Source of the DNA: Tubiluchus corallicola | Taxonomy: Eukaryota > Animalia > Priapulida | Direction of reading: 5' to 3' | Length of the DNA stretch: 28,304 nucleotides | Assembly (NCBI GenBank): GCA_030141605.1 | Contig: JAQGDQ010000860.1 | Location: forward strand, 1 to 28,304 | Shown here: positions 8,891-18,227 of the stretch, in pieces | Numbering within the stretch: position 1 is the stretch's first letter | Layout of the letters: each line of letters opens with the position of its first letter | Notes under the pieces: model-generated | The model's database searches: none | Seen by the model: the letters and a program-made list of their open reading frames with translations, nothing else | Told to the model about the DNA's origin: nothing | Translations under genes and position numbers: made by a program

Positions 8891-10939
8891 ATGGAGCCAG
8901 GTTGTTCTGAACTCATGGACAAGTACAAGCAGCAGCAGGCATCATGCCTTCCAATGAGAAAATATCAAAAATTCAATAGAAGCAATACTGCCCGGGATGA
9001 AATTCTCCAAAAGCAAAAAAACATTCCAGAAGAAGCGAACCTTCCAGAAAATGAAGGTAAAAAGCTTACAAGAAAAGAGCAACTTGAAATGTGGCGTAAG
9101 GAGCGGTATGCAAAAAGAATGTCTGAACGTGTGAATAAGCAAAAGAAACCGTTCAAAGTTTATCACGTTTCACCAGATATATTTGGTGTAATGAAACAGG
9201 AAAAAGCTGATACTGCAACAGCTAAGAAAGGTAGTGGTCAGGAAAGAAAACCTGCTGTTGCCAAAATCCCAGAGAAAACTCAAAGGGGAATATTAATTGA
9301 TCCATGTAATAAACAGAAGGGAATGAAGCCAGGAAAGCTAAAAACAAGGTTTATGCCAAAACCTAATATCTCTTTTGCTCCTGAAAATTTTCTGTTTGGA
9401 GCACCATTAACAGAAAAACCGGCTGGTTCTTGCTGTTCGACACCACTGGTTCAGAAGTCGGAAAATATTGTACGCCTTGTTGATCCTATCATTTCATCTC
9501 AATCATCTGCATCAAATGAAGATAGCAAACAAACGAGAAATGATTCACCTGCGGATTTTAAAAACAAGGATTGCAAACAAAAAATAGAAATGAATCATAA
9601 TACAAAAGTTAATGACAAAGGGGTTGTGCAGCAAGAAGAATCGGAACTAACCCTTAATGAAGATCAAGAGCATAAACAGAAAACCAAAGGTAACCAAAGC
9701 TGTGATGGCAAAAGTAATGCTCAGTTTATGGCAGATGCCAATGTAAAAGAATTTTCTTTCACTGGAAAAGTGGATGCAGAACTTAAAAACAGGGGTTCAA
9801 TCTTTGGAGACACTTGTGCCATTGAACCTTTAAAGCACAACATGGACTTCAATGACAAACTCAAATGTGGTACTAAACTTTTATTAGAAGATCACACAGA
9901 GGAGCATTCGACATTAAGGCAAGCTGAAGAGGATTCTTGCCACTCCAGCAGCTCTAGTGTAAAAGCATTTCGAGATCTAATTGCTTCTACAACTGACCAA
10001 TATACAATGGAGATTGAGAAATGGAATCCAAAGATTGAGAATGCTCCAGAAGAAGTACAAGGTGAAATAAGATCTATTGTTGGACAAGCACAATTATTCA
10101 TGAACGAGCGACTGGCACAATTTCAGACCCTTGTCGATAACTGCGAGCACAAGCATGGCGAGAGAGAAACAACATCATCTGACTTGCAAGGATTTTGGGA
10201 TATGATCAATTATCAGGTGAATGACATCAAAAGGCAATTTGAAAAAATAGAGAGTCTGGAAATGAATAATTGGGAACACCTAGTCACTCCAAAGCCGAAA
10301 TATATTCAGAAAAGGGTGAAAAAGAAAAGAGGTGTCAGCGAGAAGTCAAAAGAAAGAGCAGCTGCTGCCCAATCTCGTTTAACAGCTTTTAGTGCTGCTT
10401 TGCGAACCCGTGCTGGTATGCAAAAGATGGCTGTTTATAGCCCAGTTGCGCAAGCTGCTTTAGAGAAAGCACGCCAAACGTCAAAACGTAAAGGTAGCTC
10501 AAAAGAAAACAAGTTGGCTCACTCATTGCGATGGTCTTGCAGACTCACAAAAATAAGTCTGCTGTACACACCACCTCAACAAAAAGAAACTATGTTAGAG
10601 GGTGAGGGTAGTGATTTGATAAAATTTTCCCCATTTGTATCGCCAAAGGGGACTATGTTAGTGGGTGAGGGTAGTGATTTGATAAAATTTTCCCCTTTTG
10701 TATCGCCAAAGGGGACTATGTTAGTGTGTGAGGGTAGTGATTTGATAAAATTTTCCCCTTTTGTATCGCCAAAGGGGACTATGTTAGTAGGTGAGGGTAG
10801 TGATTTGATAAAATTTTCCCCTTTTGTATCGCCAAAGGGGACTGATCATTCAGAAATGAATTGCCTTTTGGAACCGTGCTTGAGGAGATCTACACACTTC
10901 ACTGAAGGGGGGGAAGTGAAGGGACCATACGGTCATTAG
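8891..10939 (+). CDS. DLGAP5: DLGAP5/HURP (Mars)-like mitotic spindle protein, 682 aa, intronless CDS
   Basis: GKAP/SAPAP domain (IRSIVGQAQLFMNERLAQFQTLVDNCE...DLQGFWDMINYQVNDIKRQFEKIESLEMNNWE). Basic N-terminal RKEQLEMWRKER..KKPFKV segment, KEN motif and C-terminal LIKFSP motif. Acceptor-like tttattacttgtttcag ends just before the ATG. Confidence 0.9.
   Translation: MEPGCSELMDKYKQQQASCLPMRKYQKFNRSNTARDEILQKQKNIPEEANLPENEGKKLTRKEQLEMWRKERYAKRMSERVNKQKKPFKVYHVSPDIFGVMKQEKADTATAKKGSGQERKPAVAKIPEKTQRGILIDPCNKQKGMKPGKLKTRFMPKPNISFAPENFLFGAPLTEKPAGSCCSTPLVQKSENIVRLVDPIISSQSSASNEDSKQTRNDSPADFKNKDCKQKIEMNHNTKVNDKGVVQQEESELTLNEDQEHKQKTKGNQSCDGKSNAQFMADANVKEFSFTGKVDAELKNRGSIFGDTCAIEPLKHNMDFNDKLKCGTKLLLEDHTEEHSTLRQAEEDSCHSSSSSVKAFRDLIASTTDQYTMEIEKWNPKIENAPEEVQGEIRSIVGQAQLFMNERLAQFQTLVDNCEHKHGERETTSSDLQGFWDMINYQVNDIKRQFEKIESLEMNNWEHLVTPKPKYIQKRVKKKRGVSEKSKERAAAAQSRLTAFSAALRTRAGMQKMAVYSPVAQAALEKARQTSKRKGSSKENKLAHSLRWSCRLTKISLLYTPPQQKETMLEGEGSDLIKFSPFVSPKGTMLVGEGSDLIKFSPFVSPKGTMLVCEGSDLIKFSPFVSPKGTMLVGEGSDLIKFSPFVSPKGTDHSEMNCLLEPCLRRSTHFTEGGEVKGPYGH
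10589..10843 (+). repeat. 63-bp coding tandem repeat x4 (TMLVGEGSDLIKFSPFVSPKG)
   Basis: Units at 10589, 10652, 10715 and 10778. Confidence 0.97.
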
Positions 10940-11004
10940 GTTATTACTTCAAGCTATTTGTTTATTATCGTAATTTGAAATTTCCTCTCATAATTTTGAA
11001 TACA

Positions 11005-11262
11005 TGCATTAAAATCTTAGAAACTTTATGAAATTTCATTGCATGTGAAGATATACGTAGATTATTTAAATAACTATACATCTGTTTATTATCAGTTGCA
11101 TTAGAATCTTAGAAAGTTTATGCCATTTCATTGCATGTGAAGATATACGTAGATTATTTAAATAACTATGCATCTGTTTATTATCAGTTGCATTAGAATC
11201 TTAGAAAGTTTATGCCATTTCATTGCATGTGAAGATATACGTAGATTATTTAAATAACTATA
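11005..11262. repeat. 92-bp tandem repeat, ~2.8 copies, downstream of the DLGAP5 stop
   Basis: Units at 11005, 11097 and 11189. Confidence 0.95.
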
Positions 11263-12681
11263 TATCAGCAATTTAATTCAAAGTCACAAAAATTTCTACT
11301 GTGTGCCATGGTCATGTTAACTTTTTTCTGTTGTGAGTTAAAGAAGTCTTCAAGTACATATATATGGATGCCTAATAATGTAAAAGTTTCTAATACAATT
11401 TTGCATTTATGTCTTTCATTATATTGTACTCGCCACATAGCTATGAACATTTTAAACCATTTTCAGACCTCCATTTAAAGTACAACGCTTTTAAGGCTGC
11501 TTTGCACTTAATCGTTATACCGATCAGTCCTCATCATTTGTTACACACATGTATACAAATTACATAGTGACATTAAGTTACATATACTGTACCTTAGTAC
11601 TGTATTCTATAAAGTTCTGTATGCTTTCTGAGTCAAGAACACAATTTTAGGACATGATGCTGTTCACGTATTCCGGTGACAAAATGCAAAATCAGATGGT
11701 GTTCAACAAGATCTACTCAAGAATCGAGACTTTAATATCTAGGTATACTTTTGCATTGCATAATGTATAGTTGTTAATTGTTTTTAATACTGTTTCTTTG
11801 TTTTTTGCAGGCTTTGCATTTCATGACGTTTATTTGCTTTTGTAGCCTTTCTGATTACAACTTATAATTTACACATCTGTGGCATCAATGCAAGAAAGTT
11901 CTGGCAACAACTCCAGTCTCTAGGGAAGAAGAAATCAGCAGTTTGGCAGCAGACTCTAACCTCAATTATTTTCAACTCTCTTTCTGTAATTTTTTTATAA
12001 TCTTTCATATAAAAAGTTGGTACTAATACCTACTACTTTTACCCAATTTTTCCTTTTTCATTGCTAATTATACAATTTTTATGTAACTGTGATTTCTGTA
12101 TCAGTATAACGTATCTCAATATTAATTTTTGTCTATAAAAATAACTTTGCATACAACCTACTGTAATTTTTGCTGTTTATGTTGAATTTAACGTGTAATA
12201 TATTGCTTTGCCAATGTACATTGCACGTAATTGTGTAAATAAAGCTAAATTGAATTGAATATGTAAAAACTTGATAGGTTCGTTCCACACCGGTGTATAT
12301 CAGGCTTGCACACATCCCAGTGAAAAGCAGTCATTTAAAGAATCTCCTGTCACAGAAACGGAATGTTACTACAGTTTTTTGACACAGTCTGCTAGTTTAG
12401 TATTGGTTTCGTGCATTCATGAGTTAATCAGATTACTTACAGTTTCAATTTAATCATTTTAGCGTTACCACCGGCACCGTATTGATAAATTTCTATTTTA
12501 GCATCGTTTAATTCTGCCTGTAAGACGCATTTCCTTCTTCTAATGAAAGCAACGAAATTTTGCCTTTCTATGAGAACATTTCTGTCAGACAGTGTTATGA
12601 CCAAATTACCCATATAATTTGTTTTTTTAACATTTTGAAACACTGGAAATTGAGAGAATAGTGAAATGGGAAAATTCCTCC

Positions 12682-13530
12682 CCTACAAACTCTCTTTAAA
12701 CTCAAGGACAGTTGCCGTCCGTTGTAATAAAGGTCTTTCCCATAGTTTAAGAATTTTTCTGAAACCAATGTTTCTTCTAACTTTAAAGTCAAACCTACTT
12801 CTTCAAATTTTCTCTTAATTAACTTGAGGAATAGTTCAGTTGCTTCTGTAACTCTTTTCCATTCCTCTGGAGGAATTGATCCGTCTTCTTCTTTATCTCT
12901 GACTTGATGGATGAGCACAAGGTCTTGATTGTCACCTTGATCGAGGATATAAAATTTAATCCCTGTTTGCTTAACTGCCTGCTTGATTAGATTGACAGTA
13001 TGGACAGTCCAAGGTTTCTGCTTAAGTCCCTCAAATCCTCCTCTAAATTTCTTAAAAGTGGTTTCTGGGTCAAAATCATGGCCCCTCTTATCAAGCACAT
13101 CATAATTTCCATCTATGAGATACTTGACAAAGTTAGCAAAGAACTCATGGGCTCTTGTAAACAAATTTTGAAATCCAAATAGGTGGTCTATCGTCTGGAG
13201 CAACGGATGGGTGGACTCACGTCTTATCTAATTACACCAGCTGTCTATGTCACAGATGATATAAGTCAAGATTACTGAATCTTTCCCAGTCATCATTTTC
13301 ATTAGCTTCTGCTTTTTAGTCTTTAGCTGAAGCTCGTTGTCTGACATGGTAATCTCAGGATAAAGAGGCAGGATATGATCTGCAATACGATGCTCTGTCT
13401 CCACAATGTATCATCTGGCAATTGCAGTCATCAGAATAGCAAACATTCTGGAAACTTCATTTCCCCTTTTTTTTCCTTAACCCAATTACATCGTCAGCAA
13501 ATGGAATCCCATTAGCGCCGGTTTCTAGAT
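12682..13530 (-). pseudogene. Non-retroviral endogenous viral element: RdRp core of a Mononegavirales-like L protein
   Basis: Minus-strand translation gives VIGLRKK/GEMK/RMFAIL (motif F, two frameshifts at ~13450-13475), LPLYPEITMSDNEL, motif A CDIDSWCN*IR, motif B GGFEGLKQKPWT, motif C QGDNQ (12939-12925) and motifs D/E GLTLKLEET..SEKFLNYGKDLYYNG..LSLSLKRVCR. In-frame stops lie at 13413-13411 and 13230-13228. Confidence 0.95.
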
Positions 13531-14985
13531 AGATGAATGGCTAAATATGAACGTTTGTTTATTAAACCACTATTAATCACATTACATTACAAACAAATAA
13601 ACAAAACATTTTAACGTTTACTAGAGGCAAAATCCACATACAAACGAATATTGTGAGTCAAGTGTAGAAAATAAATACCAATTAAAAGCCTATATAATCC
13701 CAACAGATACTGAAGTTCTTTACCGTATTATTATGTTTACAAAAGGAGTAACACCTACAAGGTGTTCCCATTACTCAAAAAAAAATTAAAACTAGGCATT
13801 TTCCTAGTTTGGTCAAGTCTCGAAAATCCCTCTGATGATTCCAATTGATTGACGAAAAAGTTTTTCGAGCCGCACTATTGGTTAATCTGCAGAAACGCTC
13901 AATATGAGTTTGAAATGGTTGAATTAAAGAAAGACTTAATATCGTCTGCAACATTTATATGATTTAACCACAAGTTTTTTTATGCATATACTGGCATTGT
14001 TCATTTTCTCTTTTCAGGCTGTGGCCAAAAGAGGTTTTCTATCTTTCAACTATGTAAGGATTTCACATTTGGTGTTGAAGAAAAATGACAACAACTTCAA
14101 GCATGGATTGTCGTCTACACTTTCAGGCAGATTTTAAAGTCGGTGCTGCCATCTGGATGCAAAAACCAGCAAGAATTTAAATATGGACTGCCATCAAAAC
14201 TGTTGGAAAGAATATGGCACGTGCTGCCATCTAGCAGTGTAAACCAATCTAAACTTTTCATAGTCCTGTGAAAAGCAACGCCATGATGCAACTGGTGTGA
14301 TCGGTTTTGAATTTTGTGCCACCACCCCCCCCTCTGAATATTTGTGTGCCCTCCTGTGTAAAAACTATGAGAAATTTTAATACATGCACTACACTGAAAA
14401 TACCGTATACAATACAGAAGTGACTTGAAACCAAGTCTTACCAATCCTTTGATGGGTACAGTGGGTTATCCATTTGATGTCAATCTTATATTAGTTACTT
14501 AAATGAAAACTTTAATGATTAGTATTAAAAATAATTTGTCATTCATTAGGATTCATTTTAGTGATATGATCATAACATGGTATATTGTTCATCATGTCTT
14601 AAAACGCTTTTTCAATATATTTAATAAAAGCCTTAATTACTCTTAAATAATTATTTCCCGTTAAGAGTAAAAACTTATCTCAGTAAACGGCTTTATGCAT
14701 CTTACATAAGGGGGCTTTTTTTAAAAATGTGTAGTTAGACATCCATGCTTATGGTTAAAGTTAAAATTTTAATATATTGCAAGTATTAAAGTATCAAAAC
14801 TATAATTTCACTTTTTTCCCAAAAAGTACTGAATTCTGGCAAGTTTCCCAAGTTTGATAACTCGATCCTGATTGCACTTTCAAGGACAATGACGACACTC
14901 GCCATCTATTGTTAAAATGTGTAAATAAACTTTGTAATAAACTTAACGTAACATAATATAAGTGTAATATTTAACCACTGTAAAT

Positions 14986-15032
14986 ACTGTTTGTTGTTGT
15001 TGTTGTTATTCTTGTTATTGTTATTGTTGTTG

Positions 15033-15079
<47 letters not shown>

Positions 15080-15110
15080 GTTATTATTATTATTACTATT
15101 ATTATTATTG
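14986..15110. repeat. (TTG)n/(TTA)n microsatellite
   Basis: Direct reading. Confidence 0.97.
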
Positions 15111-17074
15111 CATTTTATTGTGTATTTTGATGACGATTATAGCCCATGTGAGGGGTTTTGCCTACGTAGTTTTTTCTTCATTGCAATGTATTGCATTGTT
15201 TATGTAATGTTTTGTAACTAATAATTGCAATTGTAACTGTATGGATTGTAAATTGTTAATAAATGATATGAAAAATATCTGCTGTTTAGGCAAAAATTTG
15301 TGATCGTTTTCAGCGCCACGATGGTAACTGCTCTGCTTCACTAAAAGCCATGATTTCAATCAGTAACTGCTGCTTAGGGACCATTTCCTAGTCACAAATA
15401 GCAGTGTTGCTTAACACAAGGCAATAAGAAGGAAAGTGGAAGGGTCTTTAAATATAAGACTGCGTCATGGAGTATAATATCCCTTTGTTAGTGAGGTCGC
15501 GATCTTATAGTACAATGTAGCAGTGAAATTAAACTGTAAATTTTTAAAGGTACATGGAAACCTGTCAAAATGACCAAATGATACAGAGGAACAAGATGTT
15601 TGGTCTGCCTTGCATTGTATTTAACGAATGGGTGACCCCTTGTCGGTTGTTGCTCTGAGTGGTTTTGTTAGTCGTACTGATTCAGGCTGTTTATCACATT
15701 GCGAAATAACCCTACTCACGTGTAAGTGTAGCTAAGACGACCTTGTTGACATCAAGCATATAAGTCTAGCACTCCGCCTCCGCTGTGACGTAAGCACGCC
15801 TAGAATCATTCGGAACAAGAGAACAGCTGTCTTTTGAAAACGACAGCAGACAACTAATCAGCAGATAAACTTTTTCATACGATTTTGCAGCTATTTTTGC
15901 AGGAAATTAACACTTCAAGCAGCCAAAAATGAGTCTTCTATTTAAACACAATGTATAGCCTATTTAAACACAAGTTTCAAAGTACTACAAAATGCAGAGA
16001 CATAAGTATAATTATAAAGAAATGAAGCCACTTAGCCTTGCTTTATGATAAATGTGCAAAACGTAAGTGCCATTGAACATACGAACATAATTATTTATCG
16101 TGCCTGCGATGTAGTCTTACCAATGGCATCTTTTAACCATAAGTATAACTAGAAAAACAGCGTAAAATTAATAAATATTACGTTTGTATATAATGTAAGT
16201 TTCGACAATATTTGAATTAATTTCAACCGTGAAGATCTCATTGACGTTTATAAAAACTTGCCAGAAATGAATACGTTTTGCTTAAAAATTTCTAAAGACA
16301 TTTAGCCTAATTTTGGGGGTTTCTATGAATACGCTTGCTTATTCATAATCATTCCAGTTGTCACGGACTCCCATGGATGCGTCCCATCAACTCCCGGGGT
16401 AGATCTCGACTATTGTTGACCAAGACCGACTAGCTTATTTCTTACAACCTGCGCAAACTTGCTTAGAGGTGCATAGGCAACCATTTTTACATGCAGGTTT
16501 AACCTTGAATCATTCATACTTGCTAAACGCGGGCTTCATTATCTGTTGTTATCAATTTCTTCTCAGTTCTGTTCGGGTAGACCGTTTGAAGTTTAAGAAC
16601 TGAAAGGCAACGTAATACGACCAGTCTAACCTCGTTAGGTTAATTTGTCGTTTTTGATAATTGACCCAACTTGCAAAGTCAAAGCTAAACTAAACTATTT
16701 TACTGTAGCAAAATGGTTTAATCAGCCACCTAGAGACGTGAGCTCTATGTATTTGTTCCTATAATAAAGGAAACCACACTATGTATTGACACTAATTCAC
16801 TTGTAATTTCAGTCGATAATAAGAAAATCTGGTACCAGGTCAATGTTTCCTCCGATAATGGTGGTCAAAACGCAGCTAAATGTCCCGGAAAGTCGCGGCG
16901 TTAATTAAGCTGTGTAGGGATGTGAAAGATCTTGCACGCTGATTGGGCAGTCAACGAGAATGACTGAGGTTATGCTTGACGTCAGTGGATTCAGTGATTC
17001 ACTTTAGAAGTACATAGTCTTGGTAACTGTTCACATACAGTGTCACCATGAACATCCGCTTGGATGAGCCCATA

Positions 17075-17770
17075 CTGTTGAAAGATGAATCCAAGCTTAA
17101 GCCCGACTGGTGAAAGATGAATCCAAGCTTAAGCCTGGCTGGTGAAAAATGAATCCAAGCTTAAGCCCAGATGGTGAAAGATGAATCCAGGCTTGGGCCC
17201 GGCTGGTGAAAGATGAATCCAGGCTTGGGCCCGGCTGGTGAAAGATGAATCCAAGCTTAAGCCCGGCTGGTGAAAGATAAATTCAGACTTTGGCCCAGCA
17301 GCTGAAAGACGAATTCAGGCTTGAGCCCGGCTGATGAAAGACGAATTCAGGCTTGTGCACGGCTGGTGAAAGATGAATTCAGGCTAGGACCCGGCTGGTG
17401 AAAGATGAATTCAGGCTTATGCACGGCTGGTGAAAGACGAATTCAGGCTTATGCACGGCTGATGAAAGATGAATTCAGGCTTGTGCACAGCCGATGAAAG
17501 ATGAATTCAGGCTTGTGCACGGCTGATGAAAGATGAATTCAGGCTTGGGCCCGGCTGATGAAAGACGAATTCAGGCTTGTGCACGGCTGATGAAAGACGA
17601 ATTCAGGCTTGTGCACGGCTGATGAAAGACGAATTCAGGCTTGTGCACGGCTGATGAAAGATGAATTCAGGCTTGGGCCCTGCTGTTGAGACATGAATTC
17701 AAGCTTGGGCCCGGCTGGTGAAAGATGAAACCAGGCTTGTGCACAGCTGGTGAAAGATGAATTCAGGCTT
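17075..17770. repeat. 32-bp minisatellite, ~22 copies
   Basis: Unit ggctg(g/a)tgaaaga(t/c)gaattcaggcttgtgcac and variants, with constant 32-bp period. Confidence 0.97.
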
Positions 17771-17948
17771 TCACGTGAGGCAAGAGAAGAGTGAGAGCCT
17801 TTGGATTAATTTTGTTACAACAAGTAGATAAAATAGTGTTACATTTTAGATAACTTAAACATTTTATTATTATTTCACTATTTTTACATTTCATTTTGAT
17901 CTTTGTATTCAGGGCTGTCCAATAATTATTTTTTGTTTCCACTGTAAT

Positions 17949-18227
17949 TCACATTGTCAAGATCTGTCCTCCGCACAATAGCATAGTAAATAGTGAGGCA
18001 TAATTTTTTAACGAAAAATCGTACACTGTGGCTCCTCCTTGCGAAGATGCATTGAAAGGTTTGTAATGATTGATTACTCTTTCTCCATGTGCTTCTTCAT
18101 CTTCAATCCAATCCAAGTAAAATGGAACTCTTGTAGCTAAGCTCACGCTTGCACAGTCTATACCCGCCATTGAGATTATTCCAATTTGTTCACCTGTAGA
18201 GTCCAACACGGGTCCACCAGAATCACC
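17949..18227 (-). CDS. Protease last exon (GDSGGP, C-terminal extension); acceptor ambiguous, may begin as far up as 18542
   Basis: ttttatttacag|GGTGATTCTGGTGGACCC, with TGA at 17951-17949. Confidence 0.9.
   Translation of the reverse strand, partial: GDSGGPVLDSTGEQIGIISMAGIDCASVSLATRVPFYLDWIEDEEAHGERVINHYKPFNASSQGGATVYDFSLKNYASLFTMLLCGGQILTM

Noticed and set aside
3284-10101. Antisense ORFs over the zinc-finger and DLGAP5 CDS, and ORFs within the MITE and the 43- and 57-bp arrays
   Set aside because: Shadow or repeat-derived frames with no recognisable domain.
10925-10938. Exact 14-mer ccatacggtcatta shared with 1310-1323 and 2659-2672, suggesting a TE-derived DLGAP5 stop
   Set aside because: The match does not extend, and a 14-mer match can occur by chance in 28 kb.
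12595-12681. C-terminal part of the 202-aa ORF as viral sequence
   Set aside because: Recognisable L similarity stops at about KRVCR. The rest looks like read-through into host DNA, although IFPF may still be viral.
13841-13914. Two CCAAT boxes plus TTTGAA resembling a cell-cycle promoter
   Set aside because: Short motifs are common in AT-rich DNA and no downstream gene is identifiable.
14115-14444. ORF with RGGWWH resembling a fibrinogen C-terminal domain
   Set aside because: Lacks the flanking Cys residues and SNLNG motif, and has no supporting exons.
16939-16984. CCAAT (reverse) and TGACGTCA motifs
   Set aside because: No associated gene or LTR pair can be seen.
17075-17770. CRISPR array or tandem hammerhead ribozymes (CTGATGA..GAA)
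   Set aside because: Units are contiguous with no unique spacers and the context is eukaryotic. There is no stem II and GAAT replaces GAAA, so the hammerhead core is incomplete.
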